Shown: positions 48,942-59,738, counted from the first letter of the stretch. The stretch is DNA of 64,000 bases from Candidatus Poribacteria bacterium (GCA_963665235.2 CAXXLX010000001.1:1408001-1472000), one strand, 5' to 3'. Program-made: numbers and translations. The notes: generated by a model from the sequence alone, not told the origin.

Positions 48942-49640
48942 ATGAAAAAGTCTCCGTTTTTTTTAATCATAACCTTTGTCCTTGTAACCCTATTCGTTCT
49001 CTCTATCGAGCTGGTTGTTGCCCGTACGTTCAACAACGATTTTGAAACAGGCGACCTAACGGATTGGGAGAAAACGGGCAATGCCTTTGATTTTCAACCT
49101 ACCTGGGGCGATAATCCAACGGCACGGAACCGCGGACAACCCTCTAAACATCAAGGCGACTGGTGGCTCGGACTCTTCGAGAAGTATCCCGGAGCAGATA
49201 GAGCGAAGGAACTCGGTGTGCAACCGGGGGCTACTCAGGGCGATGCCCCGCAGGGTACCCTCACCTCAATTGAATTCCCAATTGTCGGGGAAACGATGAA
49301 TTTTCTCATAGGCGGTGGTTTCCACCCTTGGGATGCCGATCCGGGCCCCTGTTGTGTTAACCTTGAAATCAATGGCGAGGTCGTTCGTACATCGACCGGC
49401 GAACAGATTGATACAACCGAAACCATGATTCGCGCGGAGTGGGACATCTCCGAATTTAAAGGCAAAACTGCGAAAATAGTCGTTGTTGACAGAAATAGCG
49501 GTGGCTGGGGACATCCGAACTTTGACGATGTGCATCAAGCCGATGCCAGCGGAAAAAACATACCGTGGGACAGAGCCCTTGCTGTTCAAGCCCGCGGAAA
49601 GTTAGCAGTCAGCTGGGCACAGATGAAAAAGTATTACTAA
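48942..49640 (+). CDS. Secreted beta-sandwich (carbohydrate-binding-like) protein, paralogue 1
   Basis: Signal peptide, NNDFETGDLTDW, FLIGGG, GWGH..FDD, C-terminal GKLAVSWAQMK. Confidence 0.75.
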   Translation: MKKSPFFLIITFVLVTLFVLSIELVVARTFNNDFETGDLTDWEKTGNAFDFQPTWGDNPTARNRGQPSKHQGDWWLGLFEKYPGADRAKELGVQPGATQGDAPQGTLTSIEFPIVGETMNFLIGGGFHPWDADPGPCCVNLEINGEVVRTSTGEQIDTTETMIRAEWDISEFKGKTAKIVVVDRNSGGWGHPNFDDVHQADASGKNIPWDRALAVQARGKLAVSWAQMKKYY

Positions 49641-49789
49641 ATTTTGAAACGGCTAGCGTAACTAACAAAAAGCAATTCAAATTGCTAAAAATTTGCGATT
49701 TTTAGAAAAAAGATTGAAATTTTGCACAAATGCATGTTACAATTAATAATAATGGATGCTATATTTCGAAACAGAAGGAGGTATATCTC

Positions 49790-50491
49790 ATGAAAAAGTC
49801 TCCGTTTTTTTTAATCATAACCTTTATCCTTGTAACGCTATTCGTTCTCTCTATCGAGCTGGTTGTTGCCCGTACGTTCAACAACGATTTTGAAACAGGC
49901 GACCTAACGGATTGGGAGAAAACAGGAGATGCGTTCGATTTTCAACCGACCTGGGGCGATAATCCAACAGCACGGAACCGCGGACAGCCCTCTAATCATC
50001 AAGGCGATTGGTGGCTCGGACTCGCTGAACAATACCAAGGCCCAGAAAAAGGCGCGGAACTCGGACAAAGTCCTGGCGACCTCGCGGGCAACGGTCGACC
50101 TGATCAGCCGCAAGGCACCTTGACCTCAATCGAGTTCATAATTGTTGGGGATACGATGAACTTTCTTATCGGAGGGGGCAACCGGCCCTGGGGCGTAAAT
50201 CCCGAACCGTGTTGTGTTAACCTTGTAATTGATGATGAGGTCGAACGAACAATGACCGGTAGTAACACAGAAACGATGGCACGAAAAGAGTGGGATGTTG
50301 CCGATTTGAAAGGCAAAACCGCACAACTTGTCGTCGTTGATAATAGCAGTGGCGGTTGGGGACACCCAAACTTTGACGATGTGCATCAAGCCGATGCTAG
50401 CGGGGAAAATATACCGTGGTCCCAGGTGACAGCTGTCGAGGCCCGCGGAAAGTTGGCAGTCAGCTGGGCACAGATGAAAAAGTATTACTAA
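49790..50491 (+). CDS. Secreted beta-sandwich protein, paralogue 2
   Basis: Same motifs; upstream region duplicated from paralogue 1. Confidence 0.75.
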   Translation: MKKSPFFLIITFILVTLFVLSIELVVARTFNNDFETGDLTDWEKTGDAFDFQPTWGDNPTARNRGQPSNHQGDWWLGLAEQYQGPEKGAELGQSPGDLAGNGRPDQPQGTLTSIEFIIVGDTMNFLIGGGNRPWGVNPEPCCVNLVIDDEVERTMTGSNTETMARKEWDVADLKGKTAQLVVVDNSSGGWGHPNFDDVHQADASGENIPWSQVTAVEARGKLAVSWAQMKKYY

Positions 50492-50515
50492 GCTTTGAAA
50501 TGGAAGGGAAAAATA

Positions 50516-51220
50516 ATGAAAAAAACTCTGTTTTCACTTATGATACCTGCTGCTCTTGCAATCCTATTCATTTTGCCTATCAATCTAGTTGTCGCCCGGA
50601 CGTTCAACAACGATTTTGAAACAGGCGACCTAACAGATTGGGAAGAGAAGACAGGCGATGCGTTCGATTTTCAACCCACCTGGGGCGATAATCCAACGGC
50701 ACGGAACCGTGGACAGCCCTCTAATCATCAAGGCGATTGGTGGCTCGGACTCGCCGAAAAATACCAAGGCCCAGACAAGGGCGCGAAACTCGGACAAAAT
50801 CCTGGCGACCTCGCGGGCAACGGTCGACCTGATCAGCCGCAAGGCACCTTAACCTCAATCGAGTTCGAGATTATCGGGGATACGATGAATTTTCTCATCG
50901 GAGGCGGCAACCGGCCTTGGGACGTGAATCCTGAACCGTGTTGTGTTAACCTCGTCATCAATGACAAGGTCGAACGAACAATAACCGGTAGTAATACAGA
51001 AACGATGGCACGGAAAGAGTGGGATGTTGCCGATTTGAAAGGCAAAACCGCACAACTTGTCGTTATAGATAAGAGTAGTGGTGGCTGGGGCCATCCGAAC
51101 TTTGACGATGTGCATCAAGCCGATGCCAGCGGAAAAAACATACCGTGGGACAGAGCCCTTGCTGTTCAAGCCCGCGGAAAGTTAGCAGTCAGCTGGGCAC
51201 AGATGAAAAAGTATTACTAG
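50516..51220 (+). CDS. Secreted beta-sandwich protein, paralogue 3
   Basis: Same motifs with a different signal peptide. Confidence 0.75.
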   Translation: MKKTLFSLMIPAALAILFILPINLVVARTFNNDFETGDLTDWEEKTGDAFDFQPTWGDNPTARNRGQPSNHQGDWWLGLAEKYQGPDKGAKLGQNPGDLAGNGRPDQPQGTLTSIEFEIIGDTMNFLIGGGNRPWDVNPEPCCVNLVINDKVERTITGSNTETMARKEWDVADLKGKTAQLVVIDKSSGGWGHPNFDDVHQADASGKNIPWDRALAVQARGKLAVSWAQMKKYY

Positions 51221-51275
51221 GGTGAAACCCTAACATAACCGTTCTTTCATCATAAGGGCAGCACATCTTCTGCCC

Positions 51276-52229
51276 TTACGATGAAATTTGCGGCAATCCC
51301 GCGCGCTCCCGAAATCTATTGAACGTCTTCAGAATTCCCTGTTCCATCGTCCACGCAGGCGTAAATCCCACCTCTTCAGCGATACGGATTGTATCGTAAT
51401 CCCACGATATACCGAACACGCCCGGCTCCAAGGTAATCTGTGCATCCGGCACCAACGTCTTAAGATACGCCACCCCCTCCTTTACCGGACGTATGCCTCC
51501 CCTGATATTGAAAACACGCGTCTCCGTTGTCGGGCAAGTGCACGCCATGAGAATTGAACGTGAGACATCTTCAACATACTGCCAATCCACACTATCGTCA
51601 CCGAACGGGCAGACGTGCGGTTGTCCCAATGCCACCGCCTCAATCAGTTTCGTCGTGAACGAACTCATCCCCCGTGTCCTACCAACCCCATAGACAGCCG
51701 TAAACCGCATGCCGATGGAATCAACGCCATAATCATCAAAGTAGTGCATGGCATACTTCTCACAGAGGGATTTACATGCACCGTAGATAAACTTAGGGTA
51801 GTGCGGTGCATCGTTGAGAATTTGCTCATGGTTGTAATCCTCTGGTGCACCGAACACCGCGACACTGCTTGCCCAGACAACCCGTTTGAGCCCAAAAATC
51901 CGCGCCGCTTCCAATATATTGATTGTGCCTTCGCACACCACCTTTAGTGCCTGCGGGGGGTTAGCATTGCACGCTGGCACTTGCCATGAAGCGAGGTGGA
52001 TAACCCTATCAATGTCGTGCTCCCGGACAGTCCGTAAGACGTGCGGCAGGTCGATAATATCCCCCTGAACGAAGGTAAACTGTGCAATCTCTTCATCTGT
52101 CAGCACCATCTTTGGAATAGTGAGGTCGTAAGCGAAATCGTAAACGACTACCTTTTCACCAGCAGCCAATAGGTCCCGAATGACGTAAGTACCGATGCAT
52201 CCCATGCCCCCGGTGAGCAGATATGCCAT
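51276..52229 (-). CDS. NAD-dependent epimerase/dehydratase
   Basis: TGGMGCIG, HLA, YGACK. Confidence 0.9.
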   Translation of the reverse strand: MAYLLTGGMGCIGTYVIRDLLAAGEKVVVYDFAYDLTIPKMVLTDEEIAQFTFVQGDIIDLPHVLRTVREHDIDRVIHLASWQVPACNANPPQALKVVCEGTINILEAARIFGLKRVVWASSVAVFGAPEDYNHEQILNDAPHYPKFIYGACKSLCEKYAMHYFDDYGVDSIGMRFTAVYGVGRTRGMSSFTTKLIEAVALGQPHVCPFGDDSVDWQYVEDVSRSILMACTCPTTETRVFNIRGGIRPVKEGVAYLKTLVPDAQITLEPGVFGISWDYDTIRIAEEVGFTPAWTMEQGILKTFNRFRERAGLPQISS

Positions 52230-52281
52230 CCTGTTTCTCCTTTGTAGTGGCGCGATGTGCTGCTTGCGCCGATTGCGTTGC

Positions 52282-52629
52282 TTAGGTGTCCTCTAAGAGT
52301 CGCTCGCTATCTTTCAACGGTTCATCTACGTTGACGAGGATATCCTCACCCTCAACTTTAACAGGATAGATAGGGATGGACTCCTCACCGGGCCAAACAC
52401 ATTCACCCGTTTTGACATTAAACTCCCACATATGCAGCGGGCAGGTAATACAACCTCTGTCTAAGAAACCGTAACTCAAAACCCCGCCGAGGTGTGGACA
52501 GATATTGTTCATGGCGTAATATTCGCCTTCAATATTATAAATACCGATAAAAACGCCTTCAACTTTAACACCGATGCAAGTGCCTGGTTGTATCTGCTCG
52601 GTTGTCGCAGCCTTTACAAATTGTGACAT
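52282..52629 (-). CDS. Rieske [2Fe-2S] ferredoxin
   Basis: CPH...CPLH. Confidence 0.9.
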   Translation of the reverse strand: MSQFVKAATTEQIQPGTCIGVKVEGVFIGIYNIEGEYYAMNNICPHLGGVLSYGFLDRGCITCPLHMWEFNVKTGECVWPGEESIPIYPVKVEGEDILVNVDEPLKDSERLLEDT

Positions 52630-52701
52630 ATTAATTGAAACTCCAATAGAATAATTGTAAGTCGGGGTGTCCCCCATCCTATTTTCTGGACGCGTCAATG
52701 T

Positions 52702-54303
52702 TTAGCGCGCCATAACTTTGCCTTCGCCGCGCGGGTCAGTGCCACCGGCGTGGTGTATGCCATCTGCTGACACGCGAATACCGTGCCCGGGGCCCCCGAT
52801 ACCGCCACTCGCTGCCACTTCGTGCCCGAGTTCCCGCAACGTTGCAAGCGTCTCCTCACCCGCACGCGATTCAACCTGAATCGGTTCAGCCCCATCTGTA
52901 TGAAGCCGTGGCGCAGCTAACGCCTCCTGCATTGACACCTGCATGTCAATCAAACTAACACTTAGGTTCAATTCATTGTTCGGGATAGTGCGTCCACCGG
53001 GGATACCGTAAGTCGCAAACGGCTGCCCATTGTGCACTGCCAGAAACGGTGCCATGTTGTGAAGCGGACGTTTCCCCGGCCCGATAGAATTCGCCAGCCC
53101 AGGCCTCGGATCGAAACGACCGACACCGTGACCGAAAAGCAATCCCGTGCTGGGCACTGTCACCATTGAGCCGAACCCACCGCCGTGGGTTTGTGTCAAC
53201 GATACCATGTTCCCTTCTGCATCAGCAGTGGAGATATGACTCGTACAGCTCATCGGTTCGTAGTAGACAACCTCTCCCCGTTGTGGTGCGGCGAGCCCTT
53301 CATTCAGTTTGCCACGGAGCGTGTCCGTAAGCCTATCCGACAGCTCCTCCTCTATGTCTATATCGACGAAGTCGGGGTCACCAAATCGGCGGAGACGTTC
53401 GGGCCAGCAGACCTTCATCGCCTCAGCGAAGAGGTGAAATCGCTCCGTGAGAGACATCGATGGGACATCAAAGGTCTCTATCAGCCGGAGCATCTGTAAC
53501 GTCGTCAACCCACCCGCGCCGAGGGGGGATGTATACACTGAATAACCTCTATACTGAATTTCGTAAGGCTGCATAATAAAGGGACGGTAATTCTTCAGGT
53601 CATCTACGGTGAGGCATCCGCCCAATTCCTGAATGTGGTTAGCGATTGTTTCGGCGATTGTGCCTTCATAAAATGCGTCCCGTCCGCCTTCTGCAACAGC
53701 TTCGAGCGTTCGGGCGACATCAGGATTGGTAAGCCTTTCGCCTCTCTTCGGCGGGCTGCCATCTTTGAGAAAAACGCGGGCTGTTTCCGGAAATTCGCGT
53801 TGCCATCGCGCCGCATTCGCAGCAATACCGCCACGGTTTGAACCGTTTACGGCATAACCGTATCGCGCGGAATTGATAGCAGGCTGGAGTACATGGGCGA
53901 GCGGCAGGCTCCCAAACTGTTCCAACGTTAAACATAAACCTGCGACAACCCCCGGCACCCCGATAGACAGTGGCCCGTGAACGTTTACGCGGCCCGGCAC
54001 GCGATATCCTGCGGGTACATCGGGCGCGTCCTCTATTGTAAACATATCTTCGGCAGCAGCTGCAGGGGCTGCAGTGTTGTAATCTATCGCGATAACATCT
54101 TCCGTTTTCTTGCGATAGATAAGCACACACCCGCCGTATCCCGCAATGCCGTTTTGTGAGGGCTCCACAACCCCCTCAGCAAAGGCGGCCGCAACCGCTG
54201 CATCTACAGCGTTCCCGCCAGCAAGCAGCATCTCTAACCCTGCCTTTGCAGTCCGAGGATGCGGGCCGACAACTGTACCGTATTTTCTTTTGTCTAAATT
54301 CAC
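52702..54303 (-). CDS. ggt: Gamma-glutamyltransferase family
   Basis: GGNAVDAA, GVPG, FYEG, TSH autoprocessing site, FGS, PGKRP, DPR. Confidence 0.92.
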   Translation of the reverse strand: MNLDKRKYGTVVGPHPRTAKAGLEMLLAGGNAVDAAVAAAFAEGVVEPSQNGIAGYGGCVLIYRKKTEDVIAIDYNTAAPAAAAEDMFTIEDAPDVPAGYRVPGRVNVHGPLSIGVPGVVAGLCLTLEQFGSLPLAHVLQPAINSARYGYAVNGSNRGGIAANAARWQREFPETARVFLKDGSPPKRGERLTNPDVARTLEAVAEGGRDAFYEGTIAETIANHIQELGGCLTVDDLKNYRPFIMQPYEIQYRGYSVYTSPLGAGGLTTLQMLRLIETFDVPSMSLTERFHLFAEAMKVCWPERLRRFGDPDFVDIDIEEELSDRLTDTLRGKLNEGLAAPQRGEVVYYEPMSCTSHISTADAEGNMVSLTQTHGGGFGSMVTVPSTGLLFGHGVGRFDPRPGLANSIGPGKRPLHNMAPFLAVHNGQPFATYGIPGGRTIPNNELNLSVSLIDMQVSMQEALAAPRLHTDGAEPIQVESRAGEETLATLRELGHEVAASGGIGGPGHGIRVSADGIHHAGGTDPRGEGKVMAR

Positions 54304-54499
54304 AATGTTTTTCCTTTCAATGAAGGTTAATATGCGAAATTCTAAAAGGTTTTCACAGAATTGTCAAGCTGCTGTGTTATGCAAATCGGAAAACAGAGAG
54401 GTACGATAACCGATAACCTCGCAAGAATGGCGAAGCGGAAGGAATTGTGTGGCGGATTAATCCACCACACATATCAGGCAAGAAAAGCAGGTTTTATAT

Positions 54500-55270
54500 C
54501 TATTTCCTAGCTTTGAGCTGTCCCCAAGTAACGGCCAACTTGCCAGCGGGTTCAACGGCGGCTGCCTCGTTTTCCATTACTTGTGAAATTTCGCCTGCGT
54601 TTAGTTCCCGGTCATAGAGCCGCACCTCATCAATTATACCTCTGAAAAGGTATTCGTGCACGGCACGTTCATTCGCGCCTGCACCGATGAGAAATTCCTC
54701 ATCTGGGTTGATGTTAAGCGCAGCGTCCTTTTCACCTTCAAGTTTGCCATTGACATAGAACTTCTGTTTACCGCCAGCATAGACTCCAGCGAGGTGTTGC
54801 CATTTGCCGGGTGTCACTGCTGGGCCTTGAACAGAATTCCAGCTACCCCCAACGCCTGTCCAATACTGCCAGGTATTACCGGGTTCAGCATAAAAGATAT
54901 ACCCGCTTAGCGGCGCGTCATTACGTGAAGAAACAACGGCGCGGTGGGCACCTTCACTCCCCGGTGCCACGTTTGCCCAGGCACATATAGTGAAGGTATC
55001 TGAATTGAGGTCTTTATGGTAGGGAACATTTACCTCATCCCCCCCGGCACTAAATTCGATGCCACCGCCGTAGTATCCATCGGTCCATTCAGGCGTGCCC
55101 ATCAATGTACCATCGTGTCCGTTCCCGCTTTCATCGCTTGCGGTCTCACCTTTTCCTTCATTGAATGTCCAGTACGCCACAAGGCTATCCTCGAGATTAG
55201 CGGCTAACACCGGGAGCGTCACAAAACCCGCGAGTAGCAGTAAAGCGAATACCGAAAATATAGTTTTCAT
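54500..55270 (-). CDS. Secreted LamG/concanavalin-like protein
   Basis: AYWTFNEG..DESGNGHDG, W.HL, FRGIIDEVRLY, tail AVEPAGKLAVTWGQLK. Confidence 0.9.
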   Translation of the reverse strand: MKTIFSVFALLLLAGFVTLPVLAANLEDSLVAYWTFNEGKGETASDESGNGHDGTLMGTPEWTDGYYGGGIEFSAGGDEVNVPYHKDLNSDTFTICAWANVAPGSEGAHRAVVSSRNDAPLSGYIFYAEPGNTWQYWTGVGGSWNSVQGPAVTPGKWQHLAGVYAGGKQKFYVNGKLEGEKDAALNINPDEEFLIGAGANERAVHEYLFRGIIDEVRLYDRELNAGEISQVMENEAAAVEPAGKLAVTWGQLKARK

Positions 55271-55389
55271 TTCTAATTCCCATCCTTTTTAGTTTTTCTA
55301 TTAATCGTTCAAAATGTGATATGTTTAAATTATATAGCAGCAAAAAGCGGTTTGTCAAATCAAAATTGGGATAAAGGATACATTTTCGT

Positions 55390-55418
55390 TTGACATGCTC
55401 TCCAAAATTGCGTATAAT
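55390..55418 (+). promoter_or_regulatory. Sigma70 promoter of nusB operon
   Basis: TTGACA-17-TATAAT. Confidence 0.72.
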
Positions 55419-55461
55419 ATAAGAGGTGCATATACAATAGAAATAGAAGGAAAATTTGATA

Positions 55462-55905
55462 ATGGCTTCTCGTAGAAAATCACGTATCGCTGCGATGCAA
55501 ATATTATATCAGATTCAGCTCACCGAAGAGCCGGTGCAACATGTCATGGACCAGTTCTGGCAGAGCCAGGATATCGACGCGGAACTCCGTCCGTTCGCCG
55601 AACAACTCGTGGACGGCACTATGACACATCTAGCGGAGATTGACACCGAACTCCAAACCAGCTCTAAAAATTGGAAACTTCACCGGATGCCCATTGTCGA
55701 CCTGTCTATCCTCCGGTGTGGAACGTATGAAATCCTCTATGTCAACGACATCGACCCAGCTGTCTCCATCAATGAAGCGATTGAGATTGCCAAAACCTAC
55801 AGTACCCCGAAGTCGCCTAAATTTATCAACGGCATTCTAGATAATATCCTAAAAAGACACCTGAATACCACGGGGCAAACACCTGACACCAACGCCAATG
55901 TTTAA
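55462..55905 (+). CDS. nusB: Transcription antitermination factor NusB
   Basis: SRRKSR..AMQ.LY, NW...R...D..ILR, INEAIEIAK, FINGILD. Confidence 0.96.
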   Translation: MASRRKSRIAAMQILYQIQLTEEPVQHVMDQFWQSQDIDAELRPFAEQLVDGTMTHLAEIDTELQTSSKNWKLHRMPIVDLSILRCGTYEILYVNDIDPAVSINEAIEIAKTYSTPKSPKFINGILDNILKRHLNTTGQTPDTNANV

Positions 55906-57676
55906 AACGTTTTTTATTCTCTTATTAATTATTCCATTAAGTCTTCATGCTTCCCAGGAATTCAAATTCGTTAAGGAATTCGGTGGAAAAGGCGAAGGCG
56001 AAGCGCAATTCGCAAAAAATCTGTTCATGGCGTTCGGGCCCGATGGGGCAGTCTACATCACAGATACAGATAACTTCAGAATTCAGAAGTTCACCGACAC
56101 AGGCGTTTTTGTCCTTGATATCCAGATAGATGCCGCCGCAACGTTTCGGTTTATCAACCCAACCGCTATCGCCGTCGGTGCAGATAGTGCTATCTACGTC
56201 ATGGATTGGATGCTGCAGCAGATTTCAGGCACAGCTACCCCCAAAGTTTTTAACTACGCCCCTTGCGTCCACAAGTTCGATGCACAAGGACAATTTGTCG
56301 CAAGTTATCCGCTTCAAGACCTTAGTAAGCAGTTGAATAATCTTGAAACAGCCGTCCCTGGGCTCGATGCGGATGGCAAATATGCCCTCATTATCCCAAA
56401 CGGCGACCTGAAGCGGCACTTTCTGCTCGCTGTAGATGACCAGAATACCCTCTATATTTACGACGATGGCTTAATTTACAAACTTGATGCCAACGGCACA
56501 CCGGTGCTTCGTTACGCTGTCGCTCAACCCGGGGCAGGACAAACCGTTCATCCCGCTGCACTAACTGTAGACAAGGCGGGCAATCTCTATATTGTTGATG
56601 AAAAGGGGCATCGGGTGCTAAAATATAGTCCTGAAGGGAAGTTTTTACACGCATTCGGCGAATATGGCGACGCAGCGGGTCAATTTATCGCACCCTTCCG
56701 AATCGCAGCACTAACCGATGGAACGCTCCTCGTTGCTGATACAGCCAAATATCTAAAGGATTTCACCACCACGTTACCGAAGCGATTGGATAACCCGACA
56801 CTGCACTATGGCGGGAACACCCGCCTCTTTCGATATCGTATCCGCCGCATTCAACGATTCACAACAGATGGAAAATATACCGAGCAGCTCCTTGTCCCTT
56901 TCCAACGCGAAACAGAAATCGATAAGGCACTTCAACTCAAGGGTATTGACAAAACAGGGAATCTCTACTATCTCAACCCAACAACGTTGCGATTCAGGAA
57001 GTATGCCCCAACCTCATCCCTGTTCTCTTCAATGTTCCAAACGGAACTGAAGCTCCGTTTTACACGGGACCTACAAGACGTTGAAATTGACAATCAGGAT
57101 GACCTAGACGCGGACCTCTATGCCAAAGCCGATTTCGATGAACAGATTGTTCAAGACGTGGCAGCGGCAAACGTAACCCTCTCTTACGATTTAAATCAGG
57201 ACTACCGCCTTGCGCTCTCCAATCGACTCACCTATCTGCGAATGACCGATACCAGTTATTACCGTTCACAGGATTTTGAGGATTTCCGAGGTGCCTTCAA
57301 TCAGGATGACCAAGCGACCGAAACGTCTTGGGATAATCGCGTCCAGCTTGAGTTTATGTGGATAAGAGACCACAGTATTTACACCTATCGGGAGGCGCGC
57401 GCCTTTCTATACTTCAGTGCAATCCGCCTCGATTTTATTAACGATGCCCTGCATCCAAACAATTTTCGTTATTTTGATTTCAACGTCAAATTTTCTGACT
57501 GGGGTGGCGGGCTCTCTTACGACTTAAGCCGAACGTTCCGATTAAACTTTGAAATTACACACTTCTTTGGGAAAAATAATTACACATATATTGATGAAAC
57601 TAACGACCTCTATGCCACGGGATTTCAGCAGGCAGACACCCTCCGGGCGGTCTTACTCCTAAATGGGTTCTTCTAA
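55898..57676 (+). CDS. NHL-repeat beta-propeller protein with C-terminal beta-barrel-like region
   Basis: Signal peptide, YITDTDNFRIQKF and YIVDEKGHRVLKY NHL repeats, alternating strands ending NGFF. Confidence 0.75.
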   Translation: MFKTFFILLLIIPLSLHASQEFKFVKEFGGKGEGEAQFAKNLFMAFGPDGAVYITDTDNFRIQKFTDTGVFVLDIQIDAAATFRFINPTAIAVGADSAIYVMDWMLQQISGTATPKVFNYAPCVHKFDAQGQFVASYPLQDLSKQLNNLETAVPGLDADGKYALIIPNGDLKRHFLLAVDDQNTLYIYDDGLIYKLDANGTPVLRYAVAQPGAGQTVHPAALTVDKAGNLYIVDEKGHRVLKYSPEGKFLHAFGEYGDAAGQFIAPFRIAALTDGTLLVADTAKYLKDFTTTLPKRLDNPTLHYGGNTRLFRYRIRRIQRFTTDGKYTEQLLVPFQRETEIDKALQLKGIDKTGNLYYLNPTTLRFRKYAPTSSLFSSMFQTELKLRFTRDLQDVEIDNQDDLDADLYAKADFDEQIVQDVAAANVTLSYDLNQDYRLALSNRLTYLRMTDTSYYRSQDFEDFRGAFNQDDQATETSWDNRVQLEFMWIRDHSIYTYREARAFLYFSAIRLDFINDALHPNNFRYFDFNVKFSDWGGGLSYDLSRTFRLNFEITHFFGKNNYTYIDETNDLYATGFQQADTLRAVLLLNGFF

Positions 57677-57685
57677 ATCCTGTCT

Positions 57686-58132
57686 GAATCGCGGATTATC
57701 GCGGATTTATCGGATTTCGCGGATTTTAAGGTGCGTAACAATCCACGTTTTGGGTTTCCTATTAACGTGAGCTTGATAATAAATATCCGTTTGCTCTAAA
57801 CCTTTTTCACCGCGAAAAAAGCAGCATAATTGTAGCACATACTTCCGAGTTTGTGCGGTTTTTTGCTAAAACTACCACAGAACGCTCTAGGTCAAAACTT
57901 TTTTCAAACTCGCGTTATTAGGGTTTTGTGTGTTTCTATAAACATACCGCCCCGATGAGGCTAAGCGTGTGTGCGTTTTGTGTTTCTATAAACATACCGC
58001 CCCGATGGGGCTGCGCTTTTGCACATCGGATGCTATTTTTCTACTATTTGCATTTGTGTCAGAAACAGTGAGAAAAATTAGGAATGCTTTGAAGATTGGG
58101 CAGCAGGCTCACTGATATTATCCAAACTATAG
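57686..58132. repeat. Intergenic repeat cluster: CGCGGATT short repeats, REP, two CTATAAACATACCGCCCCGATG units, right end of MITE-A family
   Basis: 50-bp-period duplicate at about 57929 and 57979; terminal ATATTATCCAAACTATAG similar to 11371-11388. Confidence 0.72.
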
Positions 58133-58218
58133 TAGCAATTAGCAAGAGAAAGAAGCCTCTGACGCGCATCAAAAATATAGTCAGAATCACAACCTCTTGC
58201 TAACAGCCAACAGCCAAT

Positions 58219-58247
58219 TTGACACCCCCGTTTTTTCATGTTATAAT
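58219..58247 (+). promoter_or_regulatory. Sigma70 promoter of rsfS
   Basis: TTGACA-17-TATAAT with TGn. Confidence 0.75.
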
Positions 58248-58353
58248 ACTTTTACACAGTATTTGCATGAAATTTACCCCCGTTCTGTTCGGGATGCACC
58301 TTACCCAAAATAAGCGCAGCGCGTAGCAGCGTTAAACTCAGGAGACAGAGCCG

Positions 58354-58800
58354 ATGTCAACAAATAATACACTGGAAATAGTCAAAGCGGCTGCATGTGC
58401 TGCAGTGAGCCACCGCGCGCAGAATCCCGTAATCCTTGACCTTCGAGAATTGGATTGCTTTACCGATTTTTTCGCAATTTTTAGCGGTACCTCCGATATC
58501 CAGGTGGAAGGTATTTCGGAAGCGGTGTTAGAAGAACTTGAACAAAACTGGAATCAGCAACCCTGGCAACGTGAAGGCGCGAAAAGAGCCGATTGGATTT
58601 TGTTAGATTATGTCGATTTCATCGTCCACATCTTTTTGGAGGAAAGACGCACATACTATAACCTCGAACGCTTGTGGGCGGAAGCCCCTCACGTCACACT
58701 GCCTGAGTTTGAAGAGATGCCTTTTCCTGAAGCACCCGAATATGATGAAGATGAATTGATTTTAGGGCTTGTTCCTGAAGACAACGCTCAGCAATCTTAA
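58354..58800 (+). CDS. rsfS: Ribosome silencing factor
   Basis: ILDL...TDFF, WILLDY.D.IVHIF..R.YYNLERLW. Confidence 0.95.
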   Translation: MSTNNTLEIVKAAACAAVSHRAQNPVILDLRELDCFTDFFAIFSGTSDIQVEGISEAVLEELEQNWNQQPWQREGAKRADWILLDYVDFIVHIFLEERRTYYNLERLWAEAPHVTLPEFEEMPFPEAPEYDEDELILGLVPEDNAQQS

Positions 58801-58870
58801 GGGAAACCTGTGGATATTTGTAGATTCAAGGAGGTGCAAGTTTGTTGAATGTGGACAGAGGACAGCACGA

Positions 58871-59620
58871 CTAATCGACAGATGCCAAGATTAGCGTGAC
58901 ATTATCGGTACCTCCGTATGCAAGGGCACATTTAATAAGGTTTTCGCTGGCAGCTTCAAGGGTGGGGGCAGACAGGATAATGTTTTCTGTCTCCGTATCG
59001 TCAGGAATCAGGTCATACAAACCATCCGTACAGGCAAGAACAATATCGCCAGAGGTAAGCGGATAGATATCGCTCGTGAGCCGGACCTTCTTGGACAAAC
59101 CGATTGCCTGGGTAATGATATGCCGTTTTGCATGCACCCGCCCCTCTGCGGGGGTGATTTCGCCTTTGTCAACCAGCTTTTGGACTAAGGAATCGTCTGT
59201 CGTAATCTGTGTGAGCACTTTGTCGTGAAGCACATAAAGGCGGCTATCCCCGACATGCACGTAAGTGAGGTAACTCGGCGTAATAAAGCCTGCTGTGAGC
59301 GTTGTTCCCATGCCTTCGTATTCTTCGGCACTTTGCGCTCTCTCATACACACGCCGATTAGCATCTGTTGCGAGTTGGTCTAAAATATTAAGCCTTTTGA
59401 TGGGCCCCAAATCACTAATAGGATAGGTATTTGCTGCCGCCCATTCTTGAAAGACCTGAAGTGCCAATTGGCTCGCTATATCGCCCCGGGCGTGTCCACT
59501 CATACCGTCGGCAATAGCAAACAGGCAGTTCTCTTCATCATAATAGTACAAATCTTCGTTTCTTTCACGAAGACCGCCGATATCTGTTTGGGCTACAAAT
59601 TTCATTTCATGGGCTCTCAA
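58871..59620 (-). CDS. PP2C-type Ser/Thr phosphatase (Stp1/PrpC)
   Basis: RERNED, ADGMSGH, GMGTT, HVGDSR, CTDGL, DNVT. Confidence 0.93.
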   Translation of the reverse strand: MRAHEMKFVAQTDIGGLRERNEDLYYYDEENCLFAIADGMSGHARGDIASQLALQVFQEWAAANTYPISDLGPIKRLNILDQLATDANRRVYERAQSAEEYEGMGTTLTAGFITPSYLTYVHVGDSRLYVLHDKVLTQITTDDSLVQKLVDKGEITPAEGRVHAKRHIITQAIGLSKKVRLTSDIYPLTSGDIVLACTDGLYDLIPDDTETENIILSAPTLEAASENLIKCALAYGGTDNVTLILASVD

Positions 59621-59738
59621 TAATTTTTTCTTTACGTTTACTTAATTGTTTGTTTAATGTTAAAAACGATGAACGTTATGTTCTCGTTACATAAATTCAC
59701 AGAAACACTTTAGAAAGAATACTGCAAGGAGCAGGTGA

